Shown one piece after another: positions 19,301 through 28,300 of a stretch of DNA of 64,000 nt; positions within the stretch are counted from its first letter, which is position 1; every line of letters begins with the position of its first letter. The notes beneath the pieces were generated by a model. The model was not told the origin of the DNA. It made no database searches and worked only from the letters and a program-made list of their open reading frames with translations. Origin of the DNA: an uncultured Clostridia bacterium (GTDB lineage Bacteria > Bacillota > Clostridia > TANB77 > CAG-508); NCBI GenBank assembly GCA_944389745.1, contig CALXNM010000002.1, forward strand, positions 27,389 to 91,388, read 5' to 3'. The position numbers were made by a program, and so were the translations under genes.

Positions 19301-19904
19301 AAGTTATCTAACAAGAAGTTTCTCAAATATATGGAGTGATTATGAAGATAGGTGGCAAGAATATGCTAAGAGTAAAGAATTAGAAACAAAACTTGCGGAA
19401 TTATCAGTGGAAGAGGCAATACAAAAAGCATCAAACAACAGTGAGATAAATGCTATAAGCAATAATATAGCTGGTAATGTAAATACAAACCAAAGCAATA
19501 ATGCTACTAACAGTATCAGCACTAACAATACAAATAATGCAAGCGGAAGCTCAAGCACTGACAATGCTAGCTCAAGTACCAGCACAAATACTATAGCAGA
19601 TAACAGCTACATTACAGTCTACAATGCAGATACAGGAGAGTATGAAGTATACAGCGAAGAAGAAATATTAAATGGAGAAGATGAAAATCCGGTATCTGAA
19701 ACAGAAAAAATAAAAGAAAATGGACTAGAAGGAGTATATGGATATGACACAAAAGAAGAAACAAAGCCACAAGCGAATGGAGCAATAATAGTAATCTCAA
19801 TAATAGCTGTAGCTGTAATAGCATTAGTTGTCTTAAGAAAAGTAATTGTAAAAAATAACAACAAAAAAGAGAAAACAAACAAAGACAATAGTAAAATTAA
19901 ATAG
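10317..19904 (+). CDS. Giant GLUG-repeat cell-surface protein, paralog 2. It is intact at 3,195 aa. It has an N-terminal signal-anchor TM helix, Ig-like and CBM-like domains, two GLUG/beta-helix cassettes and a C-terminal TM anchor.
   Basis: Uninterrupted ORF with a GTG start 10 nt after AGGA. It is paralogous end to end with the 44302..53880 gene. N-terminal TM helix: FILIGLLLMLIIIAIIYYVFL. C-terminal TM helix: AIIVISIIAVAVIALVVL followed by RKVIVKNNNKKEK. Confidence 0.9.
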   Translation: MKKREVRNNEAKQNRKMHRRKNLDKSLNKNKTNRINTKNLPTFILIGLLLMLIIIAIIYYVFLRYAPEMIITYSGYAVEGKTMVENLKNSDLSNVNPYLGLVEVHENDLLYKRINSYYIGEDDKKEIDINYPIYINEGNALLNIGQNTRLITVNYEEVEGYPDFMMADGVMYNGADITRADGNKYIFLKSEDEIYTNVGKINISTGLNEYEIKEFSNIYFTEDYIAYYEMEDGTNASDGNDENSGNAQNRTNNVQNWYMQYKRINDIDMKSKIEVNNETMSYKTFLERLGIIQSEENNNSNEIVNETNEIDETAENNVEEDNITHQENNSNKNKVETNKPDEQKWQEGQWEKPTVSCTDFESGVYTISTNLSVTDKAGAISRGVIFEIYLDGRLNRRALAIQTGNIEITNLQPDTEFEIRGIFYYYDEEGVEQEEEFYIGTVKTKPISALGTIDFSFQNGEIYSNKIELIHLKLNNDLNEEVIKGISRIQVEIGDVAYRLTNDQIDKLKAGEEITYQTSESLTSNSKIKYKITAFDRFGNELKAINNEGETITSKQSPRVSITATKQDVTEVILNVTLNNKDNVSLENYRYEITNQSGDIVKQGILGNNGTANDGSKETLTFNDLDPNGYYQIIIYGDYDLDNGEGMQQNAELGRASFVTRPLASLGYMQVHIDDKEVTQDSMNLGISIDENQTDARLLAILDKVEVVIYDQGKNVADNGGNNDSENDGSNGNNDGNADNEESTGSSDNGDNQSGNSDSENNNSITTETEVKRITFTEEQVQALKIAEEVELNLDQLNSNTIYRIDVITTVKQGTVETVVEDKQNLEELITLKMPAEVQVRNQFVIGTMIDLDIRIEDIDNAVLTDQVRIEVRDKDNKLIDLSEMSTNADYERKTYEDLTPNETYKIIVYAPQYNIGSTDATYKADYILKKIEIVTETGISGNIDLIGLEKTPTGKNLIDMSSKVNWYEYCFLNWENPYGISYDEDTKILTIGGSVGNLNRAYYNLVEYLGQEVTISFRIKSEEDTPLYIVEKDNDDSENTAYTIYQTITDLSTEWQEYSYTVTLSKSGYIGFIVANYSKVQIEDLQIELGNKKTDYEKFQYDYNANVGITVNDERNEITTNDYYVRIYKNDEQIQEIRYEELGEDNEVENVQKTYNIEPDANYRIELLVKISDRYYELDSQEFSTEDSKEIKGIINKNDFLKIQPYGEYIVLNDIDLSSNSTDQYRFGNGDLPFEGKINFNGNTLQRNVESSRSSIFHVLGNDAILENLVFDIKMNNEIAVSMSGLVNTNRGTIRNIQINLLESTEKQNFDVFLITNSNYGLIENFVVNLDVPLYVYRGAGVTYSNNGIIRNGYLYGENIKLLSSENITSDVGGVTRYNNGNAVIENVYTLVTIDSVYNNQTKGNITVVNQNNATVQNVYSVGIGENTNLTRGPNVYLKTSKKVYNNYYFADEIFTSELETKGNKLSLWDAQFQNQLINGDGAYTVDELVNQGYYPHLNMPDVMPAQEYIELPEVEDADLPDILSTKVLEQGTDMVKVQFSVNNPSSAQINDIQIENLDVEILSQEYSSGKNTVIAELKNPVICVSSYDVLSISTIGAFGSSYKRPYEEGERTINVDLYKEIWSVNDWKAIKDSPTENYMLMEDLDFINEGNTVSLGTINGILNGNGHSVSNIYLTSDTHIITNLYGTLENLFINNFNQDGNYGGGLVGDALIGSVVDNVHMRNVSIVKTESSSVGGLLGHANYSDIKNCSLNDIQIETKGNVSNIFIGGMVGQIDYTSMENCYVRGLQVKDAKGVDAGIGGVVGYGSGTNDIKDCYAEGTITSVNINVGGIIGQLYSGEIKNCYSKVKISTTNSNVGGIVGIFSGSDVNTISNNLSIGTIYTTSGLSTLNRIIGNSEDTVDSNYAYENQLLNGYVNRDSKGAILLSVEEISELELGDSYNSDKEKNGVLPKLYNTEGTELLPNQEAIYVDDNISNSGANLVVESIEAIKPNSSEAEISVRIINPEEVEITEIEIEDMLSSVTRNVTQNGITSITVRATPTRYYDSYKLTGIKYKVDTLEEEQSKEVENEIQVQFYKEIYTYEDWQSIEADTYQNYRLMADIDFTGKTNIKNNINVNRLEAENNLYTLKNIELEFNEQNTGLINNVKTSIKNIGFENITLTNSVNSGNYFGLIATNTGDSVNLKFTKVKIYGYGIDYVGIIGGTISGYIRDIEIKEIEIYGNNYTGGLVGYMDVNEYEEVDNIIGNHITVQSSGNFAGGIFGRQDSNVSLETTVQTNNLEINNSNITGKDYVGGLFGYVQYGSLKNLETNKTNISGSSYVGGISGYFNSTDGNYYRYYFQINSSTINGSGYYIGGITGFMNHGETKYLVVSGSTINAPSVSSQYIGGITGGFLWEHMCDIQVVNTIISSNGINVGGIGNVIGDGSGGVYYGYVDNTTIQGNYNVGGVMGKTKYSYTSHIYINADIKANSSAAGGVVGFLSNANMTSLYDVIRVDDTMVLNSSISSPTNAGGLIGDIAKEIYRDQSFYYNNYIDADVTSENTSTGSLIIGGRPDENTYIENTYVYRYSSLNGNYVYATNDNIEDDQYLVRSDLDVQSTFSSTIGLGTTYWSYESLAEGKYPKIKDSYLYHPELQTGVDLPTDPEISSINALSVGDEISEDSANEIGPSTNNIADKNGISTQSVESLPSYKVYPTKVNEINIDFSNMPEGVSFTYYVNGDEKETNELTKRTYTFKYNYRDTLEIKLTNDTDEETITITPDDVRSEASLAGSNNVYLLGTNLYINGELQQGEYVNVYGSYALNSSGQILDIETKQLTSTNTTNETSENSGINATKANDSASDIATSNDELEVITTSLKQTTTPLHTYAYKGNNIEVYGTYSTVDGNVKSQIYNVRNGQLSAISNNVDMKIENSIIDNYNDKEYQTILNTSGKLVDLKEQLQYPNNFLSNNIKQIVQNTDAEKTEMLVLYNTGKVIVFNYVTGNVVYENDEKADSGLVSYLTRSFSNIWSDYEDRWQEYAKSKELETKLAELSVEEAIQKASNNSEINAISNNIAGNVNTNQSNNATNSISTNNTNNASGSSSTDNASSSTSTNTIADNSYITVYNADTGEYEVYSEEEILNGEDENPVSETEKIKENGLEGVYGYDTKEETKPQANGAIIVISIIAVAVIALVVLRKVIVKNNNKKEKTNKDNSKIK

Positions 19905-19940
19905 CTGAAAAGCAGAACACAAATAAAACATAAAAGAAGA

Positions 19941-20036
19941 AATTGTGAGTTCAGTACAATTCAAGAAGAGACTGTTTTATTAACTTTTAAGTTAATAATT
20001 TAGACCCAGTACAATTGTACAACTCACAATTTTTTA
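19941..20036 (+). terminator. Long imperfect hairpin plus U-tract terminator of paralog 2
   Basis: aattgtgagttcagtacaatt ... aattgtacaactcacaatt followed by TTTTTT. There is an inner palindrome ttaacttttaagttaa. Confidence 0.6.
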
Positions 20037-20131
20037 TTGATTTATAGTCTCTATTATAGTAAAATATAGATGTAAAATAAAAAAGAAAATTTCCACAAGA
20101 AACAATAAGACCCAAGAAGGAGGAAACCAGC

Positions 20132-21805
20132 ATGGAGTTTAATGGCATAGGAATAGGAGAAAGTGATTTTAAAAGTTTACGAATAAAAAATAATTATTTT
20201 ATAGACAAAACAATGTATATAAAAGATATAATAGATAACCAAAGTAAAGTAATATTAGTAACTAGGCCACGTAGATTCGGAAAAACATTAAATATGAGTA
20301 TGCTAAGATATTTTTTTGATTGCAATATAAAAAACTCAAAAGAATTATTTGAAGGACTAAAAATAATGAAGCAAGAAGAAAAATACACATCAAAATTAGG
20401 AACGTACCCATGCATATATTTAACATTAAAGGATTTAAATGTTAGCTCATATGAATATATGTTAATGCAAATGAAAACAGTAATGATGGAAATATTTTTT
20501 GAAAAAAGGTATTTGCTTGAAAGTGAAATTTCAGAAGGAGAAAGAGAAATATATAATAAAATGATGGCAGCCAAGGTTAATGAAATGGAACTTATAAATA
20601 GTGTAAAAATATTATCAAAAATGCTTTATAATTATCATAATAAACCAGTAATGCTATTTATAGATGAATACGATGTTCCAATTCAAGCAGCGTATGTAAA
20701 AGGATATTATGAAAAAGCAATAGAATTTCTAAAAACATTTTATGGAACAACATTTAAAGACAACCAATACTTAGAAAAAACAGTATTAACAGGAGTAAGC
20801 AGAGTAGCAAAAGAAAGTATATTCAGTGGAGCAAATAACTTTAAAGTATTTACGGTACTGGACAATGAATTTGCAGATGATTTTGGAATAACAAGCGAAG
20901 AAATGGATAAGGTAATAAAAGACTTTAACGTAAAAGATGAAAAAGACGAAATAAAAAAATGGTATGATGGGTATAGAATAGGAAATGTAGAAGGCATATA
21001 CAATCCATGGAGTATTTTAAATTATCTAACAGATAAAGAATTAAAACCATATTGGGTAAATACTAGTTCAAATGACTTAATAAAATTAACATTGAAAAAC
21101 TCAGTAACAATAAAAGAAAAAATGGAAAAACTATTAAAAGATGAAGAAATAGAAGTACCAATAAATCTAGAAACAATAATAGTAGGAATAGAAGAAAATG
21201 AAGATAACATCTGGGGCTTAATGTTAGGAACAGGGTATTTGAAAGTAGTAGAAGTGGTAAACTTAGCAGAAGGAATATATAAAGTAAAAATACCAAATTA
21301 TGAAATAAAAACACTATTTCAAGACATAGTAAGAGACTGGTTCAGAAATAAAGTACAAGGAAATGACTTAAGAAGTATATTAAAAGATTTAGTAGAACTA
21401 AATTTAGACGAATTCCAAATGAAATTTAGAGTACTAGTAAGAGAAATGTTTAGTTATATGGATGTAGGAGAGAACACAGCAGAAAATTTCTACCATGCAT
21501 TTGTATTAGGAATGTTAGTAGGACTAAGAGACACATACTATGTAAATTCAAATAGAGAATCTGGATTTGGAAGATACGACATCATGTTAGAACCACATGA
21601 CAAAAACGGAAATAGCTTTATAATAGAATTTAAAGTAGCAAACAACTTCGAAGATGAAACAATAGACGAAGTAATAGAAAGCGCAAAAAAACAAATAGAA
21701 GAAAAAGGATATGAAAGCAATTTAAGAGAAAGAGGCTTCAATAACATAACAAAAATGGTATTTGCATTTAAAGGAAAAGAATGCAAAATGGAAGTAGTAA
21801 AATAA
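20132..21805 (+). CDS. AAA-ATPase-like (PF09820-type) protein with a C-terminal PD-(D/E)XK nuclease-like domain
   Basis: The N-terminus MEFNGIGIGESDFKSLR..YFIDKT..TRPRRFGKTLNMSML is typical of this family. AAGGAGGA RBS. 557 aa. Confidence 0.75.
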   Translation: MEFNGIGIGESDFKSLRIKNNYFIDKTMYIKDIIDNQSKVILVTRPRRFGKTLNMSMLRYFFDCNIKNSKELFEGLKIMKQEEKYTSKLGTYPCIYLTLKDLNVSSYEYMLMQMKTVMMEIFFEKRYLLESEISEGEREIYNKMMAAKVNEMELINSVKILSKMLYNYHNKPVMLFIDEYDVPIQAAYVKGYYEKAIEFLKTFYGTTFKDNQYLEKTVLTGVSRVAKESIFSGANNFKVFTVLDNEFADDFGITSEEMDKVIKDFNVKDEKDEIKKWYDGYRIGNVEGIYNPWSILNYLTDKELKPYWVNTSSNDLIKLTLKNSVTIKEKMEKLLKDEEIEVPINLETIIVGIEENEDNIWGLMLGTGYLKVVEVVNLAEGIYKVKIPNYEIKTLFQDIVRDWFRNKVQGNDLRSILKDLVELNLDEFQMKFRVLVREMFSYMDVGENTAENFYHAFVLGMLVGLRDTYYVNSNRESGFGRYDIMLEPHDKNGNSFIIEFKVANNFEDETIDEVIESAKKQIEEKGYESNLRERGFNNITKMVFAFKGKECKMEVVK

Positions 21806-21877
21806 AAACATAGAAAATTTTATACTAAAAAATTATATATAAAAATAAAAAAATAGTATTTAAATTATAAATTGTTA

Positions 21878-21886
21878 TGTTATAAT
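21878..21886 (+). promoter_or_regulatory. Extended -10 promoter (TGtTATAAT) for paralog 3. A second TATAAT lies at 21891-21896.
   Basis: Motif position and leader homology. Confidence 0.45.
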
Positions 21887-22046
21887 AGTTTATAATTGAA
21901 GCATACTTGTTTTGTAAAAGCAATCTGCAAAAGCTAAATTAGATTTAAGACAGATATATAAAACATAAGCAAATGCTTGAAAATCAAGGAAAAAGAGGAA
22001 AGGAAAACTAGAAAGAAATGATGAAGTCTGAAAACCGCATGGCTCT

Positions 22047-22077
<31 letters not shown>

Positions 22078-22157
22078 CATTATTAAATAACGGATTCTTC
22101 GCAAGAAGAATTCTATTAAGCATGCTTAAAATAAATATATATAGCAAAGGTAAAGCA

Positions 22158-22224
22158 GGGATAGACTGTATTACTGTAAGTGTTTGTAAGAAAGCACTTA
22201 TGGCAATATAGCCTATCCTTTTTT
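22158..22224 (+). terminator. Leader terminator-like hairpin plus U-tract (paralog 3 copy)
   Basis: gggatagac...gcctatcc with inner stem aagtgttt/aagcactt, then TTTTTT. Confidence 0.5.
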
Positions 22225-22313
22225 GCGTGTAAAAAAACAAAAAAGTAAATAAGAAAATTAAATACTTTAGAGAAAATTTATAAAAAGCAAAAGCAGAAAG
22301 GATTTGAGGTATA

Positions 22314-25300
22314 GTGAAAAAGAGACAAGCTAGAGGTGCTAAGGTAAAGGAAAATAGAAAACCAAATAAAGGATTAAACCAGAATAAAACCAAACGAATA
22401 AACACAAAGAACTTACCAACTTTTATATTAATAGGTTTGATTATAATGCTTATAATAATAGCAATAATTTACTACGTATTTCTAAGATATGCCCCAGAAA
22501 TGATAATTACATATAGTGGTTATGCAATAGAAGGAAAAACAATAGTAGAAAACCTAAAAAATAGTGATATGTCTAATGTAACCCCATACTTGGGTTTAAT
22601 TGAAGTGCATGAAAATGACTTGTTATATAAAAGATTAAATTCATACTATATTGGAGAAGATGACAAAAAAGAAATAGATATTAACTATCCAATATATATA
22701 AATGAAGGAAATGCTTTATTAAATATAGGAAAAAATACAAAATTAATCACAGTAAATTATGAAGAGGTAGAAGGATACCCAGACTTCATGATGACAGATG
22801 GAGTAATGTATAATGGAGCAGATATAACAAGAGCGGATGGAAACAAGTATATATTCTTAAAGAGCGAAGATGAAATTTATACAAATGTAGGAAAAATAAT
22901 AATTAATACAGCATCAAATAAGTATGAAATAAAGGAATTCAGTAACATATACTTTACAGAAAATTATATTACATATTACGAGATGGAAGATAACTCATCA
23001 GATGTTACAAAAGATGAATTAAAGAGTAATATGCAAAATTGGTACATGCAGTATAAAAGAATAAATGATATAGACATGGATTCTAAAATAGAGGTAAATG
23101 GAGAAACTATTTCATATAAAACTTTTCTAGTGAGACTTGGAATCATACAAGCAGAAGAAAACAATAAGAATAACATTGAAAACGTAGTAGAAGAAAACAC
23201 AGTAAAAGAAGAAGACAACACAACACATGAAGAAAATAATTCAAATAAAAACAAAGTAGAAACAAATAAGCCAGATGAACAAAAATGGCAAGAAGGACAA
23301 TGGGAAAAACCAACAGTAAGCTGTACAGACTTTGAAGGAGAAGTGTATACAATAAGAACAAATCTATCTGTAACAGATAGAGCAGGAGTAATATCAAGAG
23401 GAGTAATATTTGAAATATATTTAGATGGAAGATTAAATAGAAGAGTACAAGCAACACAAACAGGATTACTTGAAATAACAGGATTACAACCAAGCTCAGA
23501 ATATGAGATTAGAGGAATATTCTACTACAATGATGAAGACGGAAAAGACCAAGAAGAAGTATTCTACAATGGAACAGTAAAAACAAAACCAATAAGTGCA
23601 TTAGGAACAATAGACTTTAGCTTCCAAAACGGAAAAATATATTCAAACAAAATAGAATTAATACACTTAAAACTAAATAATGACTTAAATGAAGAAGTAA
23701 TACGTGGAATTTCAAGACTACAAGTAGAAATAGGAGATGCAGCATATAGACTAACAAATGACCAAATAGATGAATTAAAAGCAGGAAAAGAAATAACTTT
23801 CCAAACAAGTGAAAACCTAACATCAAATAGCAAGATAAAATATAAAATAACAGCATTTGATAGATTCGGAAATGAACCAAAAGAAAAAAATAATACAGGA
23901 GAAACAATAACATCAAAACAAGAACCAAGTGCAAGTATAAGAGTAACAAAACAAGACGTGACAGAAGTGGATTTAGAAGTAACATTGACCAACAAGGACA
24001 ATGTATCTTTAGAAAATTATAGATATGAAATAACAAATCAAAGTGGAGATGTAGTAAAACAAGGAACTTTAAACAAAAACAGTGATAAAGAAACATTAGT
24101 ATTTAATGACCTTGATCCAAATGGATACTACCAAATCACAATTTATGGAGATTACGACATAGAAAATGGAGATGGAAAACAAGAAAATGCAGAAATAGGA
24201 AAAGCAAGCTTTGTTACAAGACCACTAGCATCACTTGGATACATGCAAGTAAAAATAGATGACAAAGAAGTAAAACAAGACAGTATGAATTTAGGAATAA
24301 GCATAGACACAAATCAAACAGATTCAAGATTAGTAGCTATTTTAAATAAAGTAGAAATTGTAATTTATGATCAAGGAAAAAATATAGAGTATGAAGAAGA
24401 AGAGCCAGAAGAAACAGAGGTAAAAAGAATAACCTTTACTGATGAGGAAGTTGAGCAATTAAAAGTAGCAGAGGAAGTAGAACTAAACTTAGAACAATTA
24501 AACTCAAATACAAAATATAGAATAGATGTAATAACGACAATAAAACAAGGTTCGGTGGAAGCAGTTGTAGAAGATAAACAAAACCTAGAACAACTAATAA
24601 CATTAAAAATGCCAGCAGAAGTACAAGTAAGAAACCAATTTGTAATTGGAGACATGATAGATTTAGACATGAGAATAGAAGACCAAGATGGTGCGGTTTT
24701 AGTAGATAAGGTAAGAATAGAAGTAAGAGACAAAGACAATAAATTAGTTGATTTAAGTGAAATGCCAACAAATGCAGACTATGAAAGAAAAACATACGAA
24801 AACCTAACGACAAATGAAACATATAGAATTATTGTATACGCACCACAATACAACGAAGGAAGTACAGATGCAACATATGAAGCAGACTATATCTTAAAAG
24901 AAATAGAAATAGTAACAGAAACAGGAATAAGTGGCAGATTGGACTTAATAGGTTTAGAAAAAACACCGACAGGAAAGAATTTAATAGATGTAACATCAAA
25001 AGTAAATTGGTATGAAAAATGTTTTGGGACAGGCTATAAATATGGTTTGAAATATGATGAAAATACGAAAATACTTACATTAGGTGGCTCAACATCATAT
25101 AACAATATAAATTACTACGACTTAAGTAAATATTTAGGACAAGAAATAACTATAAGTTTTAAAGCTAGAAAACAAGGGAACACCAATTTATTAATAGTAG
25201 AAAAAAGCAGTAATGATTTTAACAATACCAGCTATACAACATATTATACAATAAGCAATCTAAGCGATAATTGGCAAGAATATAGTTATACTGTAAATTT

Positions 25301-28300
25301 AAATAAAACCGGATATATTGGATTTTTTGTTAGTATAGCTAATGCATCAGTAGAAATACAAGATTTACAAGTAGAACTAGGTAACAGAAAAACAGATTAT
25401 GAAGAATTTAAATACAATTACAATGCCAATGTAGCAATAACAGTAAATGATGCAAGAGATGAAATACAAACCAATGATTATTATATTAGAATATATAAAA
25501 ATGACGAACAAATACAAGAGCTAAGATATGAAGAATTAAGTGAAGACAACAAAGTAGAAAATGTACAAAAAACATACAATATAGAACCAGATGCAAATTA
25601 CAAAATAGAGTTATTAGTAAAAATATCAGATAGATATTATGAATTAGATTCACAGGAATTTTCTACAGAAGCCTCAAGAGAATTAAAAGGAATTTTTAAT
25701 AAGAATGATTTTTTAAAAATACAACCATATGGAGAATATATTGTATTGGGTGAAATAGATTTAACTGGTGCTTCAGGTGAGCAGTATTCCTTTGGAAGTA
25801 CTGAAATGAAATTTGAGGGAATATTAGACTTTAATGGAAGGCATTTGATAAGAGATAATTCAAATACACCTAGTGAAGTATTTCAATATATAGAACGTAA
25901 TGGATTAATTGAAAACTTAGTATTTGATGTAAGGATGAATGGAAATGTAGGCAGAGGAGGTATTGAATTTTGCACAACAAATAGAGGAACAATAAGAAAT
26001 GTTCAGATAAACTTAATTGAATCAGCGGAAGTAGAATATAATGAATTGACATTGTTTGTTACTTTGAATTATGGGACAATAGAGAATTTTATTGTGAATT
26101 TAAAGCAACCTTTCTATATTAATACTATTGGTGCACTTGTTGTTAGTGATAATTATGGTGTTTTAAAAAATGGCTATTTGTATGGAGAAAATATAAGAAT
26201 TTTAAATGATTCAAGCACAATGGGCTCATCAGTTGGAGGAGTCGCTATATATAATAGAAGAAATGGAATTATAGAAAATGTATATACTTTAGTGAAAATA
26301 AATAATAGCGGTAATGTTTCTCAATATTTTGGTAATATTGCATTAGTAAATGAAGATAATGCGACAGTACAAAATGTTTATTCAGTTGGAATAGGAGAAA
26401 ATTTTGCTTTAACACATGGTCCAAACATATGTAATAAAACTTCGAAGAAAGTATATAATAATTATTATTTTACTGACGAAATATTTACAAGTGAATTAGA
26501 AACAAAAGGAAACAAACTATCATTATGGGATGCTCAGTTCCAAAATCAGTTAATAAATGGTGATGGAGCGTTTTTGGTAGATGACTTAGTTAATGAAGGG
26601 TACTATCCTCATTTAGATATGCCGGATGTAATGCCAGCACAAGATTATGTTGAGTTACCAGAGGTAGATGATGAGGATTTACCAGACATACTTTCTACTA
26701 AAGTACTAAATCAAGGAACAGATACAGTAAAAGTACAATTTAGTGTAAATAACCCATCAGCGGAACAAATAAGTGATATAAAAATAGAAAACATAGATGT
26801 AGAAATATTATCGCAGGAGTATAATAACGGAAAAAGCACAGTAATAGCAGAACTAAAAAATCCTGTAATATTTGTATCAAATTATGATTTAATAAGTCTA
26901 AGCACAAAAGGTGCATTTAATAATTCATACACAAGACAATATAAAGAAGGAGAGAGAGTAATAAATGTAGATTTATATAAAGAAATATGGAGTGTAAATG
27001 ATTGGAAAAAAGTAAGTGATTCACCGACAGAAAACTATATGCTAATGACAGATTTAGATTTTGTAAATGAAGGAAATTCAATAGGAATAAATACTATAAA
27101 CGGTATTATAAATGGAAATGGGCATACTATATCAAATGTAAATCTATCAAATGATATATCTTTAATAGGCAACTTAAATGGGACATTAAACAATTTATTT
27201 ATAAACAATTTTAATCAAGAAGCCAAAACATACGGTGGATTAATAGCAACAGCAGGCTCTGGTTCTAGAATAGATAATGTTCATGTGACAAATGTAAATA
27301 TAACAAAAAAAGACAGTGGATATTCAGGAGGGATTGTGAGGTATGCTAGTAGTTGTATAATTAGAAATAGTTCGGTTAATTGTGTTAAGATACGTGTGGA
27401 AGGAAATCATAGTCTGTTATATTTAGGTGGAGTTTCTGGATATAATGAGTCTGTAACTTTGGAAAACTGCTATGCAACTGGTATTGATTTCATAGATACA
27501 AAAGCTGTAAATTCTGGAATAGGAGGGATTGCTGGATATGTTGGAGCTTCAGCAATAGTTAGTATAAACAATTGTTATGCTGAAGGTAGTATACTATCTG
27601 ATAACTTGAATGTAGGAGGAGTTGTAGGTAGCATAGGAATATCTAATGTTGAAAATTGTTATTCTAAGGTAAATATATCAACTACAAATAATAGTGTAGG
27701 AGGAATTGTTGGAACATTTACTGCTACTGATGTAGGCATGATAACAAACAACTTAAGTGTAGGAAATATATATACCACGTCTGGTTTAGAAAATTTAAAT
27801 AGAATAATAGGAAGTAATAGCGATACTGCAAGTGGTAACTATGCATACAAAGAACAGCTATTAAACGGATATGTACGCGAAGAAGAAAAAGGAGCTACTT
27901 TATTAAATAGAGAAGAAGTGCTAAATCTTGATTTGGGTAGTAGCTATAATTATGATGGAGCAAAATCAGGTATATTACCTAAACTATACAATACAGAAGG
28001 AACAGAACTTTTACCCAACCAAAAAGATATATTAATCGATAGCAATACAGAGGAAAGTGTAGATTTAGAAGTAGAAAATATAGAAGTATCAAAGCCAAAT
28101 ACAACAGAAGCTGAGATAACATTAAGAATAAGTAATCCTAAAGAGATAGAAGTAACGGGAATAGAAATAGAAGATATGACCATAGCTGAAATAACAAGAA
28201 ATGTAACGCAAAGTGGAATAACGAGTATTACTGTAAAAGCAACACCTAATAGATATTATGACAGTTATAAATTGACTGGAATAAAATATAGAACAGGAAC

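Noticed and set aside
10317-19904. ZmpB/IgA1-protease-type zinc metalloprotease identity for the GLUG proteins
   Set aside because: No HExxH motif is present in any paralog translation. Only the GLUG repeat module is shared.
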